IMG/VR virus record: IMGVR_UViG_2615840717_000004
Span: 39,604-103,603 of that record
DNA: 64,000 bases
Direction: 5' to 3' (one strand)
Source: a virus
Taxonomy: Duplodnaviria > Caudoviricetes
How positions within the stretch are numbered: the first letter of the stretch is position 1; each line of letters opens with the position of its first letter. The notes beneath the pieces are model-generated. The model made no database searches and had not been told where the DNA came from. It was given only the letters and a program-made list of their open reading frames with translations. Both the position numbers and the translations under genes were made by a program. Shown here piece by piece: positions 47,463 to 55,703 of this stretch.

Positions 47463-48820
47463 AAGAGCATCCCGTCTTGGTGTCCTCTGTCTTCCCTGAA
47501 GGTCGTAGTGGGCCCATCAAAAACCAGCTCGGCACAACGACCGCCTGAGCCCATGCGAACTTTGTCAGCGTGCACCTGTGCCCGGTTCTTCCAATCAAGC
47601 ATGTCTGTTTGCCATTTGACATGAAGATCCGTGCCTTCTTTAGGCTCTTTCCGCAGCAGTATTGGCTCAGGGCGGAAGAGAATGAGGATGTTGTCTGCGC
47701 TGTCTTCCATGTTGGAACCGCCAAACAACTCTTTGCGCGTCAGGCGTTGCAGTGGCTCTCGCTCAGACCTGACTTCATGGGCAAGGGCAACGACTGGAAT
47801 ATTGAGGGCTTTGGCAAGCTCCTTCAACTCAGAAATTACGTAGCCGCAGCGTGCAGGAAGGTTTGAGTCTAAACGGCTATCTTTAGCCCGCATGGCCTTT
47901 ACGCTATCGACAAACAGCGCTCTCGTACCAAACCTAGACTTGTTAGCTTTTGCCCGGATAAACAGCTGCTCAACAGTCGTTCTTGAAGTCTCATCAATAT
48001 AAAGCGGGATGCTTTGGCAATCCTCTTTAGCAAGGTAGATTTTTTCCAGTTCATCAGCCGAAAGCCCGCCCCGGCGCATAGCATGGGTACTAATGCCAGA
48101 CATAGCCGCAACGCGCCGCATGGTGAGCTGTTCTGCATCCATTTCCTTTGACTGAAAATCAACTGGGCCATACTGGCAGGCAATAAACTCGGCAATCTGC
48201 AAAGCAAGAGCTGTCTTACCGCTTGCCCCCTCTGCACCGATTACAGTTAGCTCTCCATCAACCAAGCCGCCGCCCAAAAGGTTATCAACCTGCTTTAGAC
48301 CTGTCCCCAAGGCATCACCCCCTGTTTCCTGAGGCTGCGCAGCTCTCTCATAAACAGCTTGTGCGCTTTGCCCAAGGGTTACAGAACTCGCTCGCTGCGC
48401 TTGGCCTGAAATCTCTTGAAGCTCTTCAATAGCGTTCTCTGCAAGCTCAGCAGCCCTTGTGTCAGTGTAAAGAGCCTTCTGTCCCTTCTGGAAAGTCTCA
48501 GCAATCAGCTCCTTGTTCCGCCGATTGAGGAGCGGCTTCACAAGATCCTCGATTTCAGCAGTAAGCTTCTTCCCCTTGGCTGCAAGCGATTTGATGCGCG
48601 CCACTAGATCTGCATCGCCTTCATAAGGGGCGTTTGTCTCTACCAAATGCAGATCGAAGCTGCCTTCCTTGTGACAGGTGTCCAACCCGGTCCAGACAGC
48701 CTTCCAGATTGCATCATGGAAGTGCTCACGGGTCATCTGGTCAGCGACATCCCAATACAGCTCTGGAGAGGCTAAAAGGCGCGCTAAAACCTGTTGTTCG
48801 ATTGGTTCAAGGTTTGTCAT
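47459..48820 (-). CDS. DnaB-like replicative helicase
   Basis: GASGKT Walker A, SKEM, LKELAKALNIPVVAL, EDSAD. Confidence 0.9.
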   Translation of the reverse strand: MTNLEPIEQQVLARLLASPELYWDVADQMTREHFHDAIWKAVWTGLDTCHKEGSFDLHLVETNAPYEGDADLVARIKSLAAKGKKLTAEIEDLVKPLLNRRNKELIAETFQKGQKALYTDTRAAELAENAIEELQEISGQAQRASSVTLGQSAQAVYERAAQPQETGGDALGTGLKQVDNLLGGGLVDGELTVIGAEGASGKTALALQIAEFIACQYGPVDFQSKEMDAEQLTMRRVAAMSGISTHAMRRGGLSADELEKIYLAKEDCQSIPLYIDETSRTTVEQLFIRAKANKSRFGTRALFVDSVKAMRAKDSRLDSNLPARCGYVISELKELAKALNIPVVALAHEVRSEREPLQRLTRKELFGGSNMEDSADNILILFRPEPILLRKEPKEGTDLHVKWQTDMLDWKNRAQVHADKVRMGSGGRCAELVFDGPTTTFREDRGHQDGMLL

Positions 48821-49692
48821 GCAAATGCACCTCGGCTTATGTTATCAAAAGGATTCGTGTGAAATTTTAGTGAGTGTTTATGCTGTCGTTTATTCCCACC
48901 CGGTATCGGGTTCTTGTTGCCTGGGTCGGCATTATTTTGCTTGGGAGCCTCGGCGGTTTTGTTATTGCGGTAATTTACGATCTCAACCTCTCGCAAGGAC
49001 GATTGTGCGACGGGTTTGCACTTCAAACACCATGGGCGTGCAGTCGGACATGGATCAGTGCTTTGAGTGGATGGGTCGCAGCAATTGCTGCAATTGGCGC
49101 TGCTATTTATGCTGGTTCGCTTGTTAAGATTCAGATTGATCGCACTGAGGAGCAAATTGACAAAACGATCGAAGCCAATGCGATTGCTAAGCTTGAGTAC
49201 ACAACAGGTTGCTACGCGCAAATGCTGACAGAAGAGAAATGCACGAATGAGCTTCACAACTTTGCGGCTGAAAAGAACAGAATTGAGCGCAGCGATAAAC
49301 TCCATGACACCAAACCTGCCGAGACCCTTCTGGCGCTTGGAAAAAGCGTGATGTACAAGTTTGAAACTCAAGAACAGATAAATGACGCTGTACTTCCAAT
49401 TAGACTTATACAACTCAGGATAATTCTTCTTAATGAAGTCAAGGCTTTGATTGACTTTTGGGCAAATCACGGCGCGCAAACTAAAACGGTGCGTGCCGCT
49501 GACGACACGTACTACTCCATAGACCAACACGGCTGGGAAGACGCGAAAGCATGGGAAAAGCACAGGCCTGAGTATATTGATCAGATTGAGAGATGCGTGG
49601 ATGCTCATTCGGAGTTCATTAATCAGATCATTCAGCTTAAAGCTCTGTTCGAAGGTATCCAGGAAACAGCACTGAAAAAGTGATTGTTTCAT
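48817..49692 (-). CDS. Antisense shadow ORF bridging primase to helicase
   Basis: ATGA overlap at both ends; in register with 48874..49683. Confidence 0.65.
   Translation of the reverse strand: MKQSLFQCCFLDTFEQSFKLNDLINELRMSIHASLNLINILRPVLFPCFRVFPAVLVYGVVRVVSGTHRFSLRAVICPKVNQSLDFIKKNYPELYKSNWKYSVIYLFLSFKLVHHAFSKRQKGLGRFGVMEFIAALNSVLFSRKVVKLIRAFLFCQHLRVATCCVLKLSNRIGFDRFVNLLLSAINLNLNKRTSINSSANCSNCCDPSTQSTDPCPTARPWCLKCKPVAQSSLREVEIVNYRNNKTAEAPKQNNADPGNKNPIPGGNKRQHKHSLKFHTNPFDNISRGAFA
48874..49683 (+). CDS. Reversed moron: 2-TM, helical protein
   Basis: Two TM helices, VKIQIDRT...EANAIA. Confidence 0.75.
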   Translation: MFMLSFIPTRYRVLVAWVGIILLGSLGGFVIAVIYDLNLSQGRLCDGFALQTPWACSRTWISALSGWVAAIAAIGAAIYAGSLVKIQIDRTEEQIDKTIEANAIAKLEYTTGCYAQMLTEEKCTNELHNFAAEKNRIERSDKLHDTKPAETLLALGKSVMYKFETQEQINDAVLPIRLIQLRIILLNEVKALIDFWANHGAQTKTVRAADDTYYSIDQHGWEDAKAWEKHRPEYIDQIERCVDAHSEFINQIIQLKALFEGIQETALKK

Positions 49693-50732
49693 ACAGTCGC
49701 TCCATAAAGATCATTGTATACGTCCAGCCAGTCAGAGCCCGCCTCAGGCAATGCGATGTCCAGCACTTCCAATCCGGTTTCCTGAAGGTTCTGAGCTGCT
49801 CTCTTTGCAGCCTTCTCGCCCGGTGCCATCTCCCATGATCCGTCGGGCTTCTGATAAGCCTGATCGCCGTCGCCATAGATCCGCAGCCGGTCTATATCCA
49901 AGGGAGGTTCAAAGTTGATGAGGCCCGCCGTAGACAAGCAGGACCAGCAAGGACGCCCCGTCAGGGCGTAAACCGCAAGGGCTGTCTCAACGCCTTCAGC
50001 TATGCCGACTTCCCCGTCAGTAGCTTCCTGAAGTCGCACTGCGCCCCCTGCAACCGGACCAAGGCCGAGCTTGGCGTTGGCTACCGGCGCTTTCTTTCCG
50101 TCCTTAGTGATGAAAATTCGCCAGATCCCGGTGAGATCGCCCATGGTGTCATCAACACGGCAAACAAGAGCGGGAAGCTTTCCTGCGTCCGGATACTTCA
50201 ATCCCGGGTGGAAACGCAGGCAGTCTGGCCACTGCATTCTTGGGAGCCTGCGCCCCAGCAAGTAAGCTTCTGCAGGAGTACCCTCAATCGGCTTGGCTTG
50301 ATCCCAAAGCTTTTGTGCGTATTCGGTGCTATCGGCTTCCTGTTGGGCTTGCTCTTCAGATTCGCGCTCTGCCTTTGCAGCTGAGGCTTTCTTCCGTTCT
50401 GCGGCTTTGCGCTTTGCCTCTTCATCCCAAGTGCCTTCACCGGAGGGAGGTTCTTCACCAGTCAGAATCTCGCATGCTGCTTTGAAGTCAACGGACATGC
50501 AATGCATCACCACACCGATGGCATCACCTCCACCGCCAGCCCCTCTACAGTTCCACTTCTGCTTGACTGGATTCACGCTAAAGCGATCTGTGCCGCCGCA
50601 TGCCGGACAAGGGCCTACATGCTCCTTCCCGCTTCGTCTAAGCGTCGCATTAGAGGATTTAGCCGCTTCAAGTAAAGATACATCCAGTGCGCGTTGCTTA
50701 TAGTCTTTCCATTGTTGGTCGAGAAGGTTCAT
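49689..50732 (-). CDS. Primase (zinc-finger plus Toprim)
   Basis: GPCPACGGTDRF...CRG, AEGVETAL, GDGD, DWLD. Confidence 0.88.
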   Translation of the reverse strand: MNLLDQQWKDYKQRALDVSLLEAAKSSNATLRRSGKEHVGPCPACGGTDRFSVNPVKQKWNCRGAGGGGDAIGVVMHCMSVDFKAACEILTGEEPPSGEGTWDEEAKRKAAERKKASAAKAERESEEQAQQEADSTEYAQKLWDQAKPIEGTPAEAYLLGRRLPRMQWPDCLRFHPGLKYPDAGKLPALVCRVDDTMGDLTGIWRIFITKDGKKAPVANAKLGLGPVAGGAVRLQEATDGEVGIAEGVETALAVYALTGRPCWSCLSTAGLINFEPPLDIDRLRIYGDGDQAYQKPDGSWEMAPGEKAAKRAAQNLQETGLEVLDIALPEAGSDWLDVYNDLYGATV

Positions 50733-51505
50733 GCTGACCTCTCGCAAAAATGGGAAGACAGAATCAGTCCATGGTCACTAAAAGAAGTCGGTGTTTTCTC
50801 AGTAATTTTGGAATTAGTATTGTAATGCGAAATAGAGATCTGGTCTTGTGTGCAGCAGCTTGCTTTACGGGGGCTTTTATTGGAGCGCTCTGCATTATTG
50901 TCGTGACTGGCGACTTTTATGATGGACCACCTAAGGTTGGGGAAACGAGGGAAGCTCTGATACGCGGTTGGATAGCTGTTGCAATAAATGGAATAGCCGC
51001 ACTCGTTGTAGGAGTTGGTTTGTTGTTTACAGCGCGACAAACACGAAGCGCCAAACTGCAGGCGTTCCAAATGAACCTTCAGGTCATAAACGATGAAATC
51101 AATACTCTTATGATGCTGCGCCCTATCCTTCTTAACATCGGCGTTGCCACCGAAGTTATAAGTAACGCAGCCAACACAGCAAACGCTGCGCAATACTATG
51201 AAGATATAAAAGAGATCAATTTGGACATCTTTAAAACGACTTACAAAATCGGCGACACCGAGAGCAGAACAACAATTGGGGAGATATTTGACGGCATTGG
51301 GGCAATCCAAAGAGGGATAAGGGCAGAGTACCCTCTTGAGACAATACAGTGTTCTGCAAGTAAGGTGTTTCCTCTTGCTAATAAGTATTATGACAATCAT
51401 ATTAGTCGACTGCTTCCAAAACTTGAAGAAAGACAGAGCGACTTGAGAGATCTTATTATTAAGGAGACTAAGCGACTTAGTCGGCACTAGATCTTGCATC
51501 ATCAC
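50729..51505 (-). CDS. Antisense shadow ORF bridging gcrA-like gene to primase
   Basis: GTGA overlap at start, ATGA overlap at end; in register with 50750..51490. Confidence 0.65.
   Translation of the reverse strand: MMMQDLVPTKSLSLLNNKISQVALSFFKFWKQSTNMIVIILISKRKHLTCRTLYCLKRVLCPYPSLDCPNAVKYLPNCCSALGVADFVSRFKDVQIDLFYIFIVLRSVCCVGCVTYNFGGNADVKKDRAQHHKSIDFIVYDLKVHLERLQFGASCLSRCKQQTNSYNECGYSIYCNSYPTAYQSFPRFPNLRWSIIKVASHDNNAERSNKSPRKASCCTQDQISISHYNTNSKITEKTPTSFSDHGLILSSHFCERSA
50750..51490 (+). CDS. Reversed moron: 2-TM, helical protein (true start probably near 50825)
   Basis: Two TM helices, LLFTARQTRSAK. Confidence 0.75.
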   Translation: MGRQNQSMVTKRSRCFLSNFGISIVMRNRDLVLCAAACFTGAFIGALCIIVVTGDFYDGPPKVGETREALIRGWIAVAINGIAALVVGVGLLFTARQTRSAKLQAFQMNLQVINDEINTLMMLRPILLNIGVATEVISNAANTANAAQYYEDIKEINLDIFKTTYKIGDTESRTTIGEIFDGIGAIQRGIRAEYPLETIQCSASKVFPLANKYYDNHISRLLPKLEERQSDLRDLIIKETKRLSRH

Positions 51506-51942
51506 GCTACCTCCTCCTTTTGCTCATAAAGGAAGGTCTGGCAGTGCTCACAGTAGGTCTGGCGAAGATCTACTGGAGCACCACAGTAAAAGCGCTCTTT
51601 AATGGGTGGCTCACCTACCCACATAGGGCGTTTGCATTGCCTGTCTGTGATCTGGAACAGGTTCACAGGGTTTGCATCAGGAGCTTGCAGGCGGGCTTCA
51701 AGGCTATGCTGGAAGCGATTGCCACCCTTACGCCACTGGACAGAGCGCGAAACCCCTCTCTGCCCTGAGAACTCGCCCCCATTGCGCCTGACTACACCAA
51801 AGACAGCCCCCAATGTTAAGCCGGGATTAAAGGGCAAAAGCAGCTCCTGAATAGCTCTTGCTGTTCGGGTTCCATCAGCAAGGAACTTCACTGCCTCTGG
51901 TTGGGAGAGCTGGGAAATATCAATCTTTTTTCTGGCAATCAT
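51502..51942 (-). CDS. GcrA-like protein
   Basis: GAVFGVVRR; C-terminal CKRP...YCGAP...YCEH. Confidence 0.75.
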   Translation of the reverse strand: MIARKKIDISQLSQPEAVKFLADGTRTARAIQELLLPFNPGLTLGAVFGVVRRNGGEFSGQRGVSRSVQWRKGGNRFQHSLEARLQAPDANPVNLFQITDRQCKRPMWVGEPPIKERFYCGAPVDLRQTYCEHCQTFLYEQKEEVA

Positions 51943-52403
51943 AAGAACACACCTTGTTCTTGAGGTTCCATGACCGGCATAAGCAGCACTTGCAGATAGC
52001 CGGTTATCAAAATTCGGGTTTTCGGGGGCGCCCCATCAATACCGGGACCGCTCCAAGCAAGGCGCTGCAACTCATCAAGGTCGAGCAAGTCCAGCGCGTT
52101 CAGGAAGTCACCCAGCCTTCTTTCCCAAGCCGGGTAATTGGAGAACAGGTCGCTTACCGCGCCTATCAGTGAGCTTTTGAGTTCGATAGGTGGGTTTTCC
52201 ATCTCGGAAAGCGCGTATAGGACTGCCCACGCATGCTCCCTGCCCCTCAGATTGATCATCTTCTGGATCCGCACTGCGGAATGCGTCTGTTGAGGTGAGC
52301 AAGGCCCAGTTCTGATCCGCTTGCTGGCGTGCAGAACCTCTATTCCCAGTTCCGCGCACAGGCTTTCCGCTTCCCTTGTGTCGGTTGTCGTTACCGCAGG
52401 CAC
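51939..52403 (-). CDS. Hypothetical phage protein
   Basis: GAGG RBS; coupled in operon. Confidence 0.6.
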   Translation of the reverse strand: MPAVTTTDTREAESLCAELGIEVLHASKRIRTGPCSPQQTHSAVRIQKMINLRGREHAWAVLYALSEMENPPIELKSSLIGAVSDLFSNYPAWERRLGDFLNALDLLDLDELQRLAWSGPGIDGAPPKTRILITGYLQVLLMPVMEPQEQGVFL

Positions 52404-52623
52404 GTTCCAACCTCCTCTGAAGTTCGCGCTTCTCCCGCTTCAGTGTTTTGTTTGCTGATGAGGCGAGTTCGAATTGAACCTGATAGTAATGAGCGCGTGC
52501 TTGCTGCAGTTTCAGATCGGCGTCTATTGAGCTGCCGGGGCGATTTGCAGCGATCTGAGCGCGTGATAGGCGGCGCTCTGCTGCTTCTAGTCTCTCATTG
52601 TCCTGAGACTTCCAAAGGTCCAT
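52108..52623 (-). CDS. Coiled-coil hypothetical protein (C-terminus runs into next gene)
   Basis: In operon; helical N-terminal ~75 aa. Confidence 0.5.
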   Translation of the reverse strand: MDLWKSQDNERLEAAERRLSRAQIAANRPGSSIDADLKLQQARAHYYQVQFELASSANKTLKREKRELQRRLERACGNDNRHKGSGKPVRGTGNRGSARQQADQNWALLTSTDAFRSADPEDDQSEGQGACVGSPIRAFRDGKPTYRTQKLTDRRGKRPVLQLPGLGKKAG

Positions 52624-52640
52624 TGCTTTGCCCCGTAAAA

Positions 52641-53183
52641 CTAATGTCTGCTGAAAAGATCGGTGGTCTGAAGCGCGTAGGAAGGCGACTGAGTAGCTCG
52701 GAAGTAATCAAGAATTCCAAGAGCTTCCGCTTCGTTGTCGTCCTTTGGTTCCCACCCCAAGAGTCTGCCCCGGCCTATTGCCTGCTGCTTAAACCAAGCT
52801 CGGCTGTCTCTGGTGCCTTTTGGCGCCTGCCCTCGCCCGAGGTAGTGCTTGCGCCACGTCTGCATTGCAATCTTCTGATATGGGATCTGGTTTGCAACAG
52901 CTGCCATCTCGCAGAGCCGATGTTGCGCGGGCTGCCACTGCTCATTGCCCCGGTTCATCTGCTTCCCGCTGATAGCTGCAAGTTCATCTTCAATTGCAAG
53001 GTGCGTGACGCCAAAGCTTTCGATCTTACCTAGCAACCAACCATAGAAAGAAAGACTTCTGCCACCGTATCCGCCTGTTTTGTCTTTAGCCCCGCAGTCA
53101 AAAACTCCTGAGACTGGTTTAGAAAGACCGGGCTCCCAACGAGCCCAGCCAGTCTTCACACCAAGGTCGAGTGCCAGGTACAT
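52641..53183 (-). CDS. RuvC-like Holliday junction resolvase
   Basis: LALDLG..TGWA, AIE, DDNEAEALGI. Confidence 0.8.
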   Translation of the reverse strand: MYLALDLGVKTGWARWEPGLSKPVSGVFDCGAKDKTGGYGGRSLSFYGWLLGKIESFGVTHLAIEDELAAISGKQMNRGNEQWQPAQHRLCEMAAVANQIPYQKIAMQTWRKHYLGRGQAPKGTRDSRAWFKQQAIGRGRLLGWEPKDDNEAEALGILDYFRATQSPSYALQTTDLFSRH

Positions 53184-53551
53184 CAGGCGGCCTCTGGCTG
53201 ATCTTCGTTGTCATTGTCTGCCCAACCAAGCGCCAGCTCCATTTGATCAACCAGTTCGGCTTCGTCATCATCCATGTTGGAAACGACGGCCTTGACCTGA
53301 TCCATCAGCTTCTTACGCTTCAGCACTGCGTTGAGTTCTTTGGTAGGAACTCCGCTGTCGCGGGCATCCTGCTTAATCTCCTTGATCTTCTCGCGGTTGG
53401 TTGCGCACTTGGACATGTACGAGCCCTTGTCGCTTTCAATGACGGTTTCGACTTCGAGGATTTTTTTGACAGCCTCTGACAGGGCTTCTTTATCGACTTG
53501 ATTGCTCATGTGCTGCATCTCCTGCGGGTTGCTGGTGGTAGCTGGGTTCAT
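53183..53551 (-). CDS. GapR-like (DUF2312-like) DNA-binding protein
   Basis: IKEIKQDARDSG..TK.L..VLK.K...ALG. Confidence 0.55.
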   Translation of the reverse strand: MNPATTSNPQEMQHMSNQVDKEALSEAVKKILEVETVIESDKGSYMSKCATNREKIKEIKQDARDSGVPTKELNAVLKRKKLMDQVKAVVSNMDDDEAELVDQMELALGWADNDNEDQPEAA

Positions 53552-54066
53552 TCCGCAGCCATTTGGCGTTGGCTGGCGTTGTAGCTCGCGTCGTAATTGC
53601 GCATCAGCTCCTTGATCTGCTCAAAGCTCTTCTTGATGCGTTCGTGTTCTTTGGGGGAAATTTCGCCGTCTTCTGCGGCCTGCACGATCTCTTTCATGCT
53701 GTCGCAATGCACGGGCACAACATTCATTGCCGCGGCTGCAGGGTCCAGTTTGGCAACCCCCTCAGCTTTCTTGCGTACTTCATAGCCGCAAGCCTCAAGG
53801 TGGGCCTTGGACAGGCTTGGTTCCAAGCCAATGGCAGCCATCTCGCGCTCAAGGTAGAGAGTGTCTTTGAGGGTCAGGCTGCGCGCTTCGTTGACTTGGT
53901 AGGTCTTGCGTATAGTGCCTGAGGAATGCCCCAACACTTCTGCGGAACTCTCAACGCCAAACGCTGTCACGAGGTTCTTAATCTGCGTGCAGATCCAATT
54001 GTTAAACTGGTCAGATGTTCTCGGTGCGTTCATGGAGCGCTTTCCTGTATTTTGCCCCCATGACAC
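53548..54066 (-). CDS. CII-like regulatory protein
   Basis: FGVESSA..LG...EDGEISPKE; downstream of cro. Confidence 0.65.
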   Translation of the reverse strand: MSWGQNTGKRSMNAPRTSDQFNNWICTQIKNLVTAFGVESSAEVLGHSSGTIRKTYQVNEARSLTLKDTLYLEREMAAIGLEPSLSKAHLEACGYEVRKKAEGVAKLDPAAAAMNVVPVHCDSMKEIVQAAEDGEISPKEHERIKKSFEQIKELMRNYDASYNASQRQMAAE

Positions 54067-54188
54067 AACCGGAGATAGAGGCTAACTTTATGTTGTTCCA
54101 AACGGCAGGAGGCCACCAAGAGAGGCACTACTTCCAAGAGAGGCCTCCTGCCACATCACACCGGCTCAAATTGCAAGGAGCTATCAGC

Positions 54189-54431
54189 GTGAATACAGAG
54201 AATGAAGTTGAGCAGATGCTTTCTGACCTGAAGGACAAAAGCCCTGCTGGAATAAGAGGATCATTAGAGGACAGAATTACTTTCCTTGAGGCTCTAATGA
54301 TTTCGACTTTGCGGGAAATGGATGCCGATAAAGCAGAGGAGATCATCAGATTGTCACCTCACAAGATCGGAAATCTTCCCTCTCACTATGATATTCAGGC
54401 GGACTACTACAAAGCTGTGCTGGGTAAGTAG
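54189..54431 (+). CDS. Small reversed moron between cro and cII
   Basis: AAGGAG RBS before GTG 54189. Confidence 0.5.
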   Translation: MNTENEVEQMLSDLKDKSPAGIRGSLEDRITFLEALMISTLREMDADKAEEIIRLSPHKIGNLPSHYDIQADYYKAVLGK

Positions 54432-54480
54432 TCCCGAGGCGGCTGGCTGGGAGAAGACCAGCCGCCCCCGCCAGGCACGC

Positions 54481-54675
54481 CTAGGCCGCAAGCGGTACTT
54501 GGCATTGAGCCTTTAAGAGGTAGAGGAGCCGCTTTGAGGGCTCTGGAATCTCTTGACCTTGCTCGAAACGATTAACTGTAGGCTGTTTGACGCCGAGAAA
54601 ATCGGCGAGATCAGATTGCGACCAACCCAACTCCGTCCGCAGCTCTTTCACTGACTGATTATCCATGGGTTCCAT
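54481..54675 (-). CDS. cro: Cro-like repressor
   Basis: VKELRTELGWSQSDLADFLGVKQPTVNRFEQG. Confidence 0.85.
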   Translation of the reverse strand: MEPMDNQSVKELRTELGWSQSDLADFLGVKQPTVNRFEQGQEIPEPSKRLLYLLKAQCQVPLAA

Positions 54676-54696
54676 CCTCTATCGTGATGGAGATAA

Positions 54697-54736
54697 AATA
54701 CAAAACGGATTTATCAGTGTCAATACCAAATGTATT
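54697..54736. promoter_or_regulatory. OR operators and PR
   Basis: AATACAAAACGGATT (54697-54711) and AATACCAAATGTATT (54722-54736); TTGACA on minus strand at 54723-54718. Confidence 0.8.
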
Positions 54737-54760
54737 TTATTAGAGGGCATATTGTATGCC

Positions 54761-55432
54761 ATGACACAAGCATTCAAAGACCGACTCAAGACAGCCAGAG
54801 AAAAGGCAGGCTTTGCCAGTGCAGCTGATGCAGCTGACGCTCTTGGTATCAAAATACCTACATACACCCATCACGAAAATGGCACACGGAAACCTAAGAC
54901 AGATGCAATCGAAAGGTATGCTCGCTTTTTTGGAGTCGCAGCTACCTGGTTGATGTTTGGGAAGAATGAAACACCTGCAGAAGTTGAACCAGCAAGTAAC
55001 CCCATAAGGAAGCGACAGGTGGCGAAACTTCTCAGCCCCTTCACGGTTCCGGTCTATGGCTCCATTTCAGGTGGTGATGAAGATTATCTAGAAGCTACCA
55101 GCGAGGCGCTGGATCACATAGCTGCCCCAAACTCGCTAATGGATGTGGAAGGTGCATTCGCGCTTTACATGCCGGGTACAGCGATGGAGCCGCGCTACCA
55201 TGAAGGCGAGACGCTTTTTGTAAACCCGAAAAAGCTACCTCGCCCAGGTGAGTATGCCGCCATCATGCACTCCGATCAAACACCTACAGGCTCTCCAATC
55301 TGGCAGGTAGGGCGCTATGAGCGCGTGGATGCGGGCAACCGTGTATTTTCAAGGTATAACGGACAAGAACTTCGCATTCCAACAGACAAGATCCGTGCAA
55401 TACACAAGATTGTCGCTACAGGAGAATGGTGA
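54761..55432 (+). CDS. cI: CI-like repressor (XRE plus S24-like domain, catalytic dyad apparently lost)
   Basis: N-terminal HTH; GTAMEP where GDSMEP is usual. Confidence 0.85.
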   Translation: MTQAFKDRLKTAREKAGFASAADAADALGIKIPTYTHHENGTRKPKTDAIERYARFFGVAATWLMFGKNETPAEVEPASNPIRKRQVAKLLSPFTVPVYGSISGGDEDYLEATSEALDHIAAPNSLMDVEGAFALYMPGTAMEPRYHEGETLFVNPKKLPRPGEYAAIMHSDQTPTGSPIWQVGRYERVDAGNRVFSRYNGQELRIPTDKIRAIHKIVATGEW

Positions 55433-55451
55433 GACAGGCCCGGCACAGCTT

Positions 55452-55676
55452 TTAGTTATCAACTATCCGCAAATCGTAATAGTACTCGTTACTTTGCGTG
55501 GTAATTGTGTATCTAGCCTTCCGTATACCATCATTCGAATCTTGGATTACTGCACTGCAGGTTCTACGATTGCCCTCGAAATCAAATGAAACCTCGCGAA
55601 TACCTGAGGTTTTGTACACCGTTGCGCTGTCAGTATTCTTAGTAATGCCGGGATAGATACTCTTTATCATAGACAT
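55452..55676 (-). CDS. Hypothetical protein
   Basis: ORF in immunity region. Confidence 0.45.
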   Translation of the reverse strand: MSMIKSIYPGITKNTDSATVYKTSGIREVSFDFEGNRRTCSAVIQDSNDGIRKARYTITTQSNEYYYDLRIVDN

Positions 55677-55703
55677 GGAAATCTCACTATTGCAGAGGGG
55701 TGG

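Noticed and set aside
52108-52403. Long same-strand overlap of 52108..52623 with 51939..52403 as dual coding
   Set aside because: Most simply a lost stop codon at a former stop/start junction; the extension has no recognisable features.
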